A DNA stretch of 63,951 nucleotides, counting the filler, from Stramenopiles sp. TOSAG23-3 (taxonomy: Eukaryota): the NCBI GenBank assembly GCA_900128585.1. It is 4 parts of 4 records of this genome, joined end to end, with 100 filler letters (N's around TTAATTAATTAA, not from the genome) between each part and the next. Parts side by side here need not be neighbours in the genome. Positions count along the whole stretch, not along the records: positions 1 to 16,050 come from LT642500.1; positions 16,151 to 32,178 come from LT642501.1; 2 more parts are not named here. The stretch is one strand, 5' to 3'. The position numbers were made by a program, and so were the translations under genes. The stretch's first letter is position 1. Each line of letters starts with the position of its first letter. Under the pieces are notes generated by a model, which did no database searches, was not told where the DNA came from, and saw only the letters and a program-made list of their open reading frames with translations. Positions 11,960 to 21,962 of this stretch are shown piece after piece.

Positions 11960-14900
11960 TCACGGCCGCAGGCCCTCCCTCGCTTTCTTTAAAATGTCGC
12001 TCTTAATCTTCGGGTAGTCTGGAAACTTCGAAAGAATTTTATGGCATACTCGGATGGCGTCCAGGAACCGCTCCGCCTTCAGGTAGTTGAACGCCAACTT
12101 GAAGCCTATGGGGGCGTTTGCTTCGTTTGCGCACTTCCACGCCTGCTCGTAGTGCTCTGCAGCGTCTCTGTACGAACTCTCCTTCTCCATAATCAAACCC
12201 ATGTGCTCCCAGGCTTTCCCGCACGACTTGTTGTAAACGAGGCACCGTTTGCACAAATCCTGCGCAAGGTCGTACTTTCCGTTCGAAATGTAAATGTTGG
12301 CAAGCATGAGCCACCCTCGCTCGAAATCGTCGGCGTAGTCTGGGTTGTAGGACATTTTGTGAATTCGCTTCAGCTGGTTCCGCGCCTTGGGGACTTGGCG
12401 GAGCAACATCAGCGCGTTGGCCATGCCGCAGATGGCAGGGACATACTCTTTGTCGCCGCTGACCATTTCTACGAACCGTTGGACAGACCGTTCGATGTTT
12501 GATTTCTGCTTCGTGCACATGAGTGCGTAGGCTTCTAATACTAACACGCGGCGGGTTTTCGGCCTTCGCGTGATCTCCCTCAGCAGTTTCTCCGCGACTC
12601 GGACGGCTTCCCCGGTTTCCTGGCTATCGTCCTCCCAGAGCTCGTCGCTTTCCGGATTCAAATAAAGCTCGACCATGTTGATCAGAGCTTTCTCGCCCCA
12701 CATTCCACTCTTCCGCGCCTTGTTCAGCGTTCGGATCGACTCGGGAATATTGTTGGTGTATCTCAAGTAGAGCCCTCTGCAGAACATGAGCCCCGGGTCG
12801 TGCTTGCTTTTTGGGGAGTACGACTCCGCGGCCTTCATTATTTCTGGGGCTTCCTCGAGCTTCCCCGCGCGGCGCAGCAGGACGATCATGCGGAACAGGG
12901 CTTTGTGGTTGTTCGGCTTTCGCTGCAAGATCTGCTTGAAGTGGTACACTGCCTGCTCGTTCTCCCGCTTCTGGAACATGATGTCGGCCAGCATCATGGC
13001 CGCCTCTTCGTGGTTCTCGTCGATCCGCATGAGCAGGCCGCACTGGTGCTGGCACTTCTGCAGCTCGCCCTGCTTCAAGTAGAGCTTCGCCAGGCCCAGC
13101 ATGGCGACTTCGTACGAGTTGTCGTGCTCCAGCGCGTTCTTGAAAAATTTGACGGCGTCCCCCACGTCGTTGTTGTCCAGGTGGTGGTTTCCGATACGGT
13201 AGTCCAGCTTAGCGGCCTCCAGGCGCTGCTCCTGAGCGTTCGCGTCGTCCGACGACCGGGTGCGGGCGAGGATGTCCTGCTGGACCCCCCGGGCGGCCAG
13301 CAGGTCGCCCAGGGCCCCCTCGCTGTTGTTCATCCCCTGCTTCACCTCCGCGACGAGCAGCAGCAGGTTGACGTGCGCGATCATGTCCGGGACGCTGCTG
13401 CCCTCGGCGTTGTCGTGGCTCTGCTTCAAAATGCGCGAGGCATCGTCGAACTTTTTCAACTTTATGTACAGCCGGGCCAGGTCCCCGCGCAGGGACACTA
13501 TGTCCCCGCTGTTCCTCCCGGACGTGTCCCTCGAGCTGGCCTCCAGGGCATCCTCGTAGTACTCGATGGCGCGGTGGTACTCGTGGGTCTTGATGAACGC
13601 CCGGCCTATCATAAGGGCAAGGGCCTGGTCGTTCGGGTTCATCTTCAGCGCATCCTGGTAGGACAGTATGGCCTTCTCGGGCTCCTGGATGTTCATGTAC
13701 GCGTCCCCGAGCATGACGTGCGCGCTGGGCTTCGGGTTGATCTTCAGCATGGTCTGGTAGCACGCGATGTACTGCTTCTTGTCGTTCATGTTGGTGAGGT
13801 AAATCTTCGCCAGCACCATCTGGGCTTTCCCGAAGGCCGGGCTGTTCCGCTTCACCCCGCTCAGCTGGGCGATGGCCCGCTTGATCTTGCCCCGCTTCAG
13901 GGACAGCTCGCTGTTGGCCACGACAACGCGCACTTCTTCGGGGGTCCCTTGAAAAATCGCGGACGCGGTCTTGATGACTTTCGACGCGTCCTTGACCTGC
14001 CCCAGCTTCGTGTGGACGTTCGCCAGCGCGATGTAAATCGACGCGTGGTCGTGCATGGACAGGGTGCTGGACGGCCCGGCGTCCCGCTTCGACTCCCGCC
14101 CCCGCGACCCGCCCGCCAGCCTCGCGACCGCTCTCTCGACGCTCGGCAGCTTGAGGGCGGACCGGAGGACTTCGATGGACCCGGACACGTCCCCGGTGCC
14201 GTCCAGGACCTTCGCCTTGATCAGGTAAAAGAGCGGGGAGTCCCGCACCTTAAAGTCGTGGGCCAGCGCCTGCTCCAGCGAGTTGCTGGCCCCGCGAAAA
14301 TTCTCTTGAAAAATGGCAATCTGCGCCATGATGAGGTGCGCGTCGCTGTAGGTGGGCTTGAGGCGCAGGCAGTGCTTGAGCGTGCGCTCCGCGCTGTCGA
14401 AGCTGTTGTTCAAAAATTTTGACTTTGCAAGCTCCAGCTGCGCGTCCAACAGCCCCGGGACCTCCTTCGTCACCCTCGCCAAAATGTTCAGCGCTTTCGT
14501 CAGGTAGTGCGGGGTCGGCTCCCCGGCGTCGATGGGCTCCGCCCCGCAGTGCTTCATGTACTGGCGGGCGACCTGGAGCTGAAAGTCGACGTCGAAGTGG
14601 ACGAAGTAGTCGTAGGTCGACTTGAGGCTGCCCGAGCCGAGGGCCGACTGAAAGTGGGACATGCAGTCGTCCAGCATCGCGATCGAGCGCTCCTGGTCCC
14701 GATCCTTCTCCCACGCGATGACGGCGCTCAGGAAGATTATCTCGTAGCTGGACCCGATGCTGGTCTGGATCTCCTTCATAAACTCGATCTGCTGCTCCGC
14801 GTCCGTGAGCTGGCCCGCGGAGAGCTGGCAAAAGATCATCCCCGTGACCGCCTGAACGTTGGCGTCGTCCAGGCTCGCCCCTTGCTTGAACTCGTCGTTC

Positions 14901-16012
14901 GCGGTCCGCAGGTCGCCCAGAAGGACGTGCTGCTGGGCGCTCTCGGTGACGTAGAGGCTGTTCATCGGCGCCAGCTTCCGCGCGCGGCCGACGAGCTTGA
15001 GGGTCCCTTTCAGGATGTTCTTGTCCCTCCCCGAGAGGCGGGCGAGCGGGCGGGCGACGTTGAAGCAGAGCTCCGCGTTCATCGGCTCGTGGCGGTCGAC
15101 GCTGGTGATGAGGGTGTCGATGATACCCGCGGCCCGGCCGAGGTCGCCCGTCCGGGTGAGCGAGTGGAGGGCGGAGATCCGCAGGGCCTCGATGTCGTAC
15201 GGGTCCTGCTGGAGCACCCGCTCGGTGGTCTCGAGGGCCTGGTCCCAGTCCCCCATCATCATGAGCATTTTTCCCTTCCCCGAGAGGGCAGGGAGGAACC
15301 AGGGGTAGACCACGATCGCCTGGGTCAGGTGGTCCAGCGCCTTGCTGTACTGCTTCTTGAGCTCGAAGTACTTTGCCTTGCCCATGATCGCCTCCAAGTC
15401 CCTCGACGCCCGTTTCTTGTCCCCGAGGGCCTTCTCGAAGTAGGTGAAGCTCTTGTTCGCGAGCTCCTTCTCCTTCCTCGAGCTGGTCCCCTCCTCGGCG
15501 TCGTGGCGAGACTGGTGCTGCGTCGCGGTCAGGTCAATCCAGCCCCGGAGCGCGAGGGCCCGGGTGGTGAGCTTCTCGGACAGGGCCGAGTCGTCCAGCT
15601 GGGAGTTGACGAGCCGGCGGGCCTCCGCAATGCTCCCGGTGAGCCAGGAAAACGTCGCGGCGATGAGGACGCTCTCCGGGGTCGCCCGGTTCTCTGCGAC
15701 CCGGAGGGAGGACGAGAGCGAGTCGATGGCCTCGTGGTCCGTCAGGTCGGTGTTCTCGTGCGCCCAGATCAGCGCGAGGTGCGCGGGAAAACTAACGTCC
15801 CGGTTGTTCTTTATCCGCTCCCAGTCCCGTATCGCGGCGGTCCAGCTCCCCTCCTTCGCGACGCCGTACGCTTTCCAGAACAGCAGGTACCCGTCGTCCC
15901 CGCGCTTCTTCAGAACTTCCTCGCAAACCGTCTGGACGTGCCTCCAGTACCCTTCCCGGGCATAATGGTGCACGAGCGCCGAAATGTCCGTGTTGTTTCG
16001 CTTGTTGCTCAT
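11960..16012 (-). CDS. TTC21B: Intraflagellar transport protein IFT139 / TTC21B (IFT-A TPR protein), intronless
   Basis: 1350-aa TPR array. It starts with HYAREGYWRHVQ and ends with KARNQLKRI...YNKSCGKAWEHMGLIMEKE.SY.DAA..YE.AW...IGFKLAFNYLKA. Confidence 0.95.
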   Translation of the reverse strand: MSNKRNNTDISALVHHYAREGYWRHVQTVCEEVLKKRGDDGYLLFWKAYGVAKEGSWTAAIRDWERIKNNRDVSFPAHLALIWAHENTDLTDHEAIDSLSSSLRVAENRATPESVLIAATFSWLTGSIAEARRLVNSQLDDSALSEKLTTRALALRGWIDLTATQHQSRHDAEEGTSSRKEKELANKSFTYFEKALGDKKRASRDLEAIMGKAKYFELKKQYSKALDHLTQAIVVYPWFLPALSGKGKMLMMMGDWDQALETTERVLQQDPYDIEALRISALHSLTRTGDLGRAAGIIDTLITSVDRHEPMNAELCFNVARPLARLSGRDKNILKGTLKLVGRARKLAPMNSLYVTESAQQHVLLGDLRTANDEFKQGASLDDANVQAVTGMIFCQLSAGQLTDAEQQIEFMKEIQTSIGSSYEIIFLSAVIAWEKDRDQERSIAMLDDCMSHFQSALGSGSLKSTYDYFVHFDVDFQLQVARQYMKHCGAEPIDAGEPTPHYLTKALNILARVTKEVPGLLDAQLELAKSKFLNNSFDSAERTLKHCLRLKPTYSDAHLIMAQIAIFQENFRGASNSLEQALAHDFKVRDSPLFYLIKAKVLDGTGDVSGSIEVLRSALKLPSVERAVARLAGGSRGRESKRDAGPSSTLSMHDHASIYIALANVHTKLGQVKDASKVIKTASAIFQGTPEEVRVVVANSELSLKRGKIKRAIAQLSGVKRNSPAFGKAQMVLAKIYLTNMNDKKQYIACYQTMLKINPKPSAHVMLGDAYMNIQEPEKAILSYQDALKMNPNDQALALMIGRAFIKTHEYHRAIEYYEDALEASSRDTSGRNSGDIVSLRGDLARLYIKLKKFDDASRILKQSHDNAEGSSVPDMIAHVNLLLLVAEVKQGMNNSEGALGDLLAARGVQQDILARTRSSDDANAQEQRLEAAKLDYRIGNHHLDNNDVGDAVKFFKNALEHDNSYEVAMLGLAKLYLKQGELQKCQHQCGLLMRIDENHEEAAMMLADIMFQKRENEQAVYHFKQILQRKPNNHKALFRMIVLLRRAGKLEEAPEIMKAAESYSPKSKHDPGLMFCRGLYLRYTNNIPESIRTLNKARKSGMWGEKALINMVELYLNPESDELWEDDSQETGEAVRVAEKLLREITRRPKTRRVLVLEAYALMCTKQKSNIERSVQRFVEMVSGDKEYVPAICGMANALMLLRQVPKARNQLKRIHKMSYNPDYADDFERGWLMLANIYISNGKYDLAQDLCKRCLVYNKSCGKAWEHMGLIMEKESSYRDAAEHYEQAWKCANEANAPIGFKLAFNYLKAERFLDAIRVCHKILSKFPDYPKIKSDILKKAREGLRP

Positions 16013-16050
16013 GCCAGACCAGAAAGGGGTAGGAGTGTGTGGGTGTGTGT

Positions 16051-16150
16051 NNNNNNNNNNNNNNNNNNNNNNNNNNNNNNNNNNNNNNNNNNNNTTAATT
16101 AATTAANNNNNNNNNNNNNNNNNNNNNNNNNNNNNNNNNNNNNNNNNNNN
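16051..16150. other. Artificial scaffold linker (N run with TTAATTAATTAA, stops in all six frames)
   Basis: 100-nt N block with a central ttaattaattaa, identical to the blocks at 32179 and 48299. Confidence 0.95.
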
Positions 16151-16224
16151 AGAGCCATAGCATTAACGCAGATATAGATGCTATTTCACACCCACAGCGG
16201 ACCCTCCGCCACGCATTTACACCC

Positions 16225-16685
16225 CATCAAAAAAGGTCGAAAACAGAAAAATTGGGGTAAAAAAGGGCCAAAAACAAAAAAAATTGGGGTAAAAAAGGGT
16301 CGAAAAAAATAAATTGGGTGGAAAAACACCCGAATATTTTAAAATTGGGCGAAAAAATGAGTGAAAATTGAACGAAAATTGAGTGAAAATTGAGTGTTTT
16401 TTGAATAATCGATGAATATTTTGATTGAACTATCACCCCTTTTGATAACTATCACCCTTTTTCAATATTTTTTATTTTATACTTCTTATATATTTTCTTA
16501 CCATTTATCATCTTAAATAATTTTATTACTTTATTCAAATAAAAAAAAGGGGTGATAGTGGTGATAGTGGTGATAGTTTTTTCGACTTCGTTACAAAATC
16601 GAAAAATATTTTTCTGTTTTTTTAAATGAAATAAAAAAAGGGGGTTAACTATCACCCTTTTGGCTAACTATCACCCCTTTTGTGC
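16225..16685. repeat. Array of short direct and inverted repeats (AAAAATTGGG and ACTATCACC motifs), possibly a transposon subterminal region
   Basis: aactatcaccc at ~16428, 16447, 16647 and 16666. Three inverted ggtgatagt copies at 16551-16577. aaattggg occurs four times at 16248-16350. Confidence 0.7.
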
Positions 16686-16869
16686 TAAATCAACAAAATA
16701 CCGTTCGTTCATTCATAAAATCACCGGAGTTGAATCGCTCACAAAATGCCGGGGTAATACTAATAATCATTATCACTCGCAAAATCGTGGGTAATGGTCG
16801 TGAAAAAAAAAAAGCATAAGGAAAAGGTTAAAGAGCATTAAGCAAATTTATACGTTGTCGTTCTCAAGG

Positions 16870-17145
16870 GACCAAGTTGCCTGAGGAACAAGGCGTTCGT
16901 ACGTAATGTTTAATTCGTCTCAACTGAGATAACGAATAAGCTATTGTACACTAGCTGTGGTTCCCTGATAGCAACTAAGGGAGGGCCTCCCCCCTCTTTT
17001 TATTCTCCAGGTCTACCACTAAACGCTCGTGCCTTCCTCCCTTTTGGAAAGGCCTTTCTACAGGTAGCACGCCTACCGGAAAGAGGCAAGCCTCTGTCCT
17101 GTATGCTTGGTGTACCTGTATTACTTAATACCAGGCACCGGTAAT
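16870..17145. ncRNA. Candidate structured RNA or cis-element, family unknown
   Basis: GC-richer island with about seven consecutive or nested hairpins and no credible ORF (see findings). Confidence 0.35.
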
Positions 17146-17315
17146 CTAGTCTCTGTTGTAAGTTGTAATATTATAATTGCATATAATTCATACAAATACT
17201 AATTAAAATACCAAGGTCCTTCCTCCTCTCCCTTCTTCTTTTCACTTTTTCTCTTCGCGTTGGATGTGATTGATTGTCATACCAACCACTTCACTTGCTC
17301 TGTCGTTCTTTCTTT

Positions 17316-19991
17316 TTAAATGTGTATATTTTGAAAGTAGCGCTGCAATGTACTGTTGTCGGATTGTGTGGTAATAAATTGTAAGAATTCAGTCTTCAGA
17401 TCTCTCATTCCTTCTTTCGTTGATAATGCCACCTTTCTGTTTACGATGTCAAGGCTGGAGTGCTCTGGCAAAGACGACCGACGAAGTTTGGATCCTAGAA
17501 ATTCTGTTGCATAGACATTGAACCACAGGTCCGGTATAGTCCTAAATCGCGGCGGAAAATAGTTGAAGAAGTGCTCCAGCGAGAATGGGGGTCGAAACAT
17601 TGATGCAGGGACTGCCATTTGGGCACTGCCACAGTACGTAACTTCCTCATGAGTGACCGATCCGGTACGGTCCCAATACGATTCCAAGTTGAGGAACTTT
17701 AACGCCCACGTTGAAAATACATCCCCAGGGAACATATCGCTCTCACGCGCCATGCTTTCAATCATGTTCGCCGGCGATGCCACATCATCGTCCAAAAATA
17801 TAATTTGATTAAAGTTGCCAGCAATTGCTGTCGCCCCAATATATGAGAGTTTTGGACCAATATTTACAGGACTGTGGTGGACCCAGATAGAGTTGAAGGA
17901 GTGAGACAGATTCTTTTTGAAAACCTTTCGAAGGAATTTCTGAACTTCATACTCAATCCGGCACCTGGATTTGTAAGCGACGTTGTTATTCATGATAAAC
18001 AAATCTACTGGTGCCGTCTGAACTCTCAAATCATTCAGGATGCTTCCCAAATGTTTGATGCGTTTATACTGCAGTGCTACGACCGCCGTTCCCGCTGCCG
18101 CATCGCCCGTCCGATCTCTCACCTGGACACAGCCTCCTGGGGACTTGGTAAACACGCATGTAAACTTTAATCCTGGTCCGTTTTCGAATTCGATGGGGGC
18201 ACCCTTTCCGTACAGGCTTGGGGAGACCTCGTGTATTCCGACAAAAGGTATCGGTATCGTTGCGTAGTTGTTGTTGGTTTCCTTTGGGCGCTGATGCTTG
18301 GCCCATTTCCCAGGGCAGCTAGAGGGCAAACCGAACAGGTCCCACAGACGCCCTTCCTCCGTGCTCGGTGCAAACGGGTCGACGCTGTAATCGAGTACGG
18401 TTGGAAGGGACTGGCCGGATTTCTTTCGAGCCAAGACCATATTGTCCCCCAACGTATCGGACGGGACGCTCCCCGCTATCTTAATCTCATTCTCGTCAAG
18501 GAAGACACGCTCCCTCACAATTTTCATTCTTCGATCTACCGACAGTGTGCTTTGCCGCTCCAGCTGTTCCAAATAATCGGTAGAATCCATCATTTCATCT
18601 ACCAGAGCATGCATCTTTGACTTTAAGTTTTCCTTCCACGACGAGTCTCTAAAGTTTAGACCGCGGCGAAACTCAACGTTGGATTCGTACAACGTGTTCA
18701 AAGCGTTTTCCCAGCGGCTCTCAAAAAGTGGATTTTGAAACCCCCCCAACCCCATCGGAATTATCTGCTCCCTGCCCCCAAAGTCGTGCAGCCGTGCCAC
18801 GTGGGTTGTTAAATGCATCGAGGTTGCTTTCAGAAGGGCTTGGACACCCTTCGGGGCTTCCTCGCCCGGAAAATACGTCGAGGTGCTGTGAATGCAACCT
18901 CGCGGGACCCATAGGCTGTCCCCGGGCTCTAAGACCGCTTCCAAATACGGTTCCCCAAGCTTTGCCTCGTCGATTGCATCTCCTTCGTCCCTGCCAATGA
19001 TGTGACGCTTTTTTACGGGCAAGAAAAACTGCTCCTTTCTCCACAATCGCCACCGTTTGCGACCAGACAATTGTACCATCCAGCTGCCTGTAAAATCGAT
19101 GTGCGGCGGCGTCGCTACCCTCATCCCCGGGGGGGTAACGTAAACGTTCACGGAACTAATAGACCTGGAATGCTCCATTATCGCGGTGCAAAATCTTGCA
19201 AGCGATCGAACCCAGTGCTCTGCATGCAGCAGCTGAATGGAATAATTTTGCCGCAGCGCATCTAAAAGGCCACTCCCCAGCGCAAAGCCTTGGGGCAGAG
19301 TGGGGTCACCATTTCGTTTTGCCAAGCTACCTTTTAAAAAATTTACATTACGGTATGGAGACTTATACCCCCCGTTCCCGACCCTGTACCAATCACTGAC
19401 TAGTCTATTCGTCGAAAATGTCCATTGAAACATATTGGGCACCCCACGAACAAAGAGGGGCCAACGTTCGAAGTAATTTTCTTCAAACTCTTTGGAACCA
19501 ATGAAATCCAAGAACGCCGACTGGCTCCTCAGCGTTTTCCGTTGCTCGATGTACCGTGGGGCTTCGGTTCCGATTCGATCGGAAATTTCCATCTGGTCTG
19601 CGAAATATTGCTTTCGACGGGCAGAACCAGATTTATTTACATTGCCCAATTTTTCCTCCAATATATGTCTATTGTCGTACGCCTTTTCGTTGTCAGGGTT
19701 TAACCACAACGCCCTCTCAAAGGCGCGCAGAGCGTTGTCTAACTGTTGGGCGTGCATGTACGCCACGCCCAGGTCGTTCCAAGACGCCGCCGTATCCACC
19801 TTCACTGTATTAGCCATAAATGCCCGTATCGCGTTGTTATAGTCCCCCAACCTATCAAAATGAGCCCCTGCGGCCGCATGATCATGAACTCTGTTGTTGG
19901 CATCATACGACCGTGGCTCAAAAGAGGCCATTGTTTTTACCCCGTAAACCACAACCAAAAGGGTCCAAACAACCGCACCATAAAGTTTCAT
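17316..19991 (-). CDS. Signal peptide + TPR + JmjC (Cupin_4/RIOX-like) 2OG oxygenase + C-terminal GT-A glycosyltransferase-like domain
   Basis: Hydrophobic N-terminus MKLYGAVVWTLLVVV. TPR SWNDLGVAYM...AFERALWLNPDN. JmjC motifs NVYVTPPG, PPHID, QLSGRKRWRLW and LEPGDSLWVPRGCIH. GT-A motifs IIFLDDDV and PDLWF. Confidence 0.8.
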   Translation of the reverse strand: MKLYGAVVWTLLVVVYGVKTMASFEPRSYDANNRVHDHAAAGAHFDRLGDYNNAIRAFMANTVKVDTAASWNDLGVAYMHAQQLDNALRAFERALWLNPDNEKAYDNRHILEEKLGNVNKSGSARRKQYFADQMEISDRIGTEAPRYIEQRKTLRSQSAFLDFIGSKEFEENYFERWPLFVRGVPNMFQWTFSTNRLVSDWYRVGNGGYKSPYRNVNFLKGSLAKRNGDPTLPQGFALGSGLLDALRQNYSIQLLHAEHWVRSLARFCTAIMEHSRSISSVNVYVTPPGMRVATPPHIDFTGSWMVQLSGRKRWRLWRKEQFFLPVKKRHIIGRDEGDAIDEAKLGEPYLEAVLEPGDSLWVPRGCIHSTSTYFPGEEAPKGVQALLKATSMHLTTHVARLHDFGGREQIIPMGLGGFQNPLFESRWENALNTLYESNVEFRRGLNFRDSSWKENLKSKMHALVDEMMDSTDYLEQLERQSTLSVDRRMKIVRERVFLDENEIKIAGSVPSDTLGDNMVLARKKSGQSLPTVLDYSVDPFAPSTEEGRLWDLFGLPSSCPGKWAKHQRPKETNNNYATIPIPFVGIHEVSPSLYGKGAPIEFENGPGLKFTCVFTKSPGGCVQVRDRTGDAAAGTAVVALQYKRIKHLGSILNDLRVQTAPVDLFIMNNNVAYKSRCRIEYEVQKFLRKVFKKNLSHSFNSIWVHHSPVNIGPKLSYIGATAIAGNFNQIIFLDDDVASPANMIESMARESDMFPGDVFSTWALKFLNLESYWDRTGSVTHEEVTYCGSAQMAVPASMFRPPFSLEHFFNYFPPRFRTIPDLWFNVYATEFLGSKLRRSSLPEHSSLDIVNRKVALSTKEGMRDLKTEFLQFITTQSDNSTLQRYFQNIHI

Positions 19992-20551
19992 TGTTACGCT
20001 GGCGCGTCTACCCGTGCGTGAATTCAGGGAAATGTATACCAAACCACGATGCATATTCCTGCTTCCATTTATTATTTTTTATTCCAATGAAACCATACCC
20101 GCTGAAGAAGACATTATTCAATTTTTTATCATATATTTCATAAATATCAACCTTCTTCACCACCACAACTACCAAAAGCACGCCACGGTGTTTTTAATTT
20201 CTTCTTTTTTTTTTTTTTTTCTTTTTTTCTCTTCCTGCCTCCGTCCTCCTCTTTCCTCTTCCACCCTTTTCCTCCAATAATATATTTCAGCATTATTCAA
20301 TGTATTGTAATGGTGTGATAATGTAATATTTATCTACTTAGAGAGGGGAGAGGAGAGGGGAGAGGTCGTCTGTGTCGTCTGTTGAACAACACCACCATGG
20401 GTTTATGTTCCGTCGGGAAGTGATGAGTGTATTTCATGAATGTAAACACAAGATTTAATATACGAATGGAAAGTAAAGCAACTGTTTTCTTATTTAAGGT
20501 ATACATATAGTTACGAGTGTTCACTGTGATTGGAAGCGAGGGAAAAGGAAC

Positions 20552-21469
20552 ATGGCAAATCACACGCCAATCGTCGGTAAAGTTAGTCGTCGGGCACCTG
20601 GGAACATGTCGCCCTTGGTTGCCTCCCGTAAAGTTCCGGCGATGGGGGGTCCGAATCATGGCGTTGATTTTAGAAAATTAGAGCTCACGTTGGAAGAAGA
20701 CAAGAAGCTACTGGCGTATTTTGACTCGTATGTCAGCACTCGGACAAAATCTTCGCGCCCGGTTCAGGCAGTGGGGTCGGTGGTGCAGAGTCAGGTATCC
20801 AGTAAGACCAGGTTGGAGACTCCAGAGCGCGCCCAGTCTCTTGACCGCAACGCGCACCCTGTAGAAGCAGAGAGTGCCGCCAGCATGGCTGGGGCACCAT
20901 CGGCGCCAAATCATCAGCGCGGGGGAAATGAAGAAACCAGTGAATCGCCAGAGGAAAGAATAGTCAAATTTTTGTCAGACTCCATGGGGTTTGACCGTGA
21001 CGTCGCTGCAGTTGCCGCTGAGCGCTGTAAAGGTAACGTTGACCAGGCAGTCAACGATTTGTTAACAAATATGGAAGAATTAAAATCATTAGCCGCTGAA
21101 CAGTCCGGGCAAGATGGCACGCAGTGGCTGTTAAATCTCAGGGAAGGGTCAAGGGTGGATGTGCAGCGAAATGGGCAGTGGACCGAAGGTGTGATTGTGT
21201 CCAAGAATGTAGACAGGAACCTGATTCATGTCAGTGCCGAAGGATCTCCTAGCAAATGGTTCCGGATGGACACTCCGCGCATTGCCCCCCGTGGGACAGG
21301 TAGGAATGGACTGGCAAATGACAATGGTGTCTCGAACGGGGAAGGGGGTGATCGGTGGGTAGAAATGATGGACGCTGAGTCAGGACTGCCATATTATTAC
21401 AATTTGACCGATGGGCAGTCCACTTGGGAGAAGCCTTCCGTAATCGTAGACAGGGAAATGCCGACGTAG
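20552..21469 (+). CDS. UBA + Tudor/Agenet-like + WW domain protein
   Basis: UBA MGFDRDVA..A..RCKGNVDQAVNDLL. Tudor-like LREGSRVDVQRNGQWTEGVI. WW domain WVEMMDAESGLPYYYNLTDGQSTWEKP. Confidence 0.8.
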   Translation: MANHTPIVGKVSRRAPGNMSPLVASRKVPAMGGPNHGVDFRKLELTLEEDKKLLAYFDSYVSTRTKSSRPVQAVGSVVQSQVSSKTRLETPERAQSLDRNAHPVEAESAASMAGAPSAPNHQRGGNEETSESPEERIVKFLSDSMGFDRDVAAVAAERCKGNVDQAVNDLLTNMEELKSLAAEQSGQDGTQWLLNLREGSRVDVQRNGQWTEGVIVSKNVDRNLIHVSAEGSPSKWFRMDTPRIAPRGTGRNGLANDNGVSNGEGGDRWVEMMDAESGLPYYYNLTDGQSTWEKPSVIVDREMPT

Positions 21470-21513
21470 AGTATATAGGTTGCACTTCCGTCGTCTACTA
21501 TAAAGTTCTTAAT

Positions 21514-21940
21514 AACAAGAAAATTGGCTGTTATTTAAGTAATTAAATTTAGCTTCGTCGTACCCTAATCCTAACTTGATTCTGTAANNNNNNNNNNNNN
21601 NNNNNNNNNNNNNNNNNNNNNNNNNNNNNNNNNNNNNGCTTGCATATGAATCGTAATCAACTTCCTCATCCGATATCTCACTCAGAGATGAATCAATCCT
21701 TGTACCATTTTCCAAGTAAAAGAGTAAGTTTTACTCAAAGTGTCTTATTTTATATTAAGAATTTTATAATAAAATAAAATGTTTAGTTTTTAATTAATAT
21801 TATTAGAGTCTTAAAACATACTATATATTTTGGTTTTTTATTAGAATATATTAAAAAACATAAGCCATACTCTATGATATATATAATTTTTTTTTTTTTT
21901 GAATTACTCTCTATAAAATAACAGCCAATTTTCTTGTTTT
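21514..21940. mobile_element. MITE-like element bounded by 23-bp inverted repeats AACAAGAAAATTGGCTGTTATTT (contains a 50-N gap)
   Basis: Motif at 21514-21536 and its reverse complement at ~21916-21938. Internal modules are shared with the copies near 5627, 50341 and 62080. Confidence 0.6.
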
Positions 21941-21962
21941 TATTAAAAGAGTATAAGAAGAA

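Noticed and set aside
12800-16102. Long plus-strand ORFs (540 and 531 aa) antisense to IFT139
   Set aside because: Shadow ORFs caused by high GC3 on the coding strand, with no recognisable motifs.
16095-16106. TTAATTAATTAA palindrome repeated three times at ~16.1 kb spacing
   Set aside because: Artificial six-frame-stop linker embedded in Ns, not biological periodicity.
16881-16940. CTGAGGA as a hammerhead ribozyme core, or CTGAGA as a TPP riboswitch
   Set aside because: The required GAAA and stem arrangement and the other TPP consensus blocks are missing.
21561-21580. CCCTAA-like sequence as a telomere
   Set aside because: Only about two degenerate units, internal, and part of the dispersed repeat.
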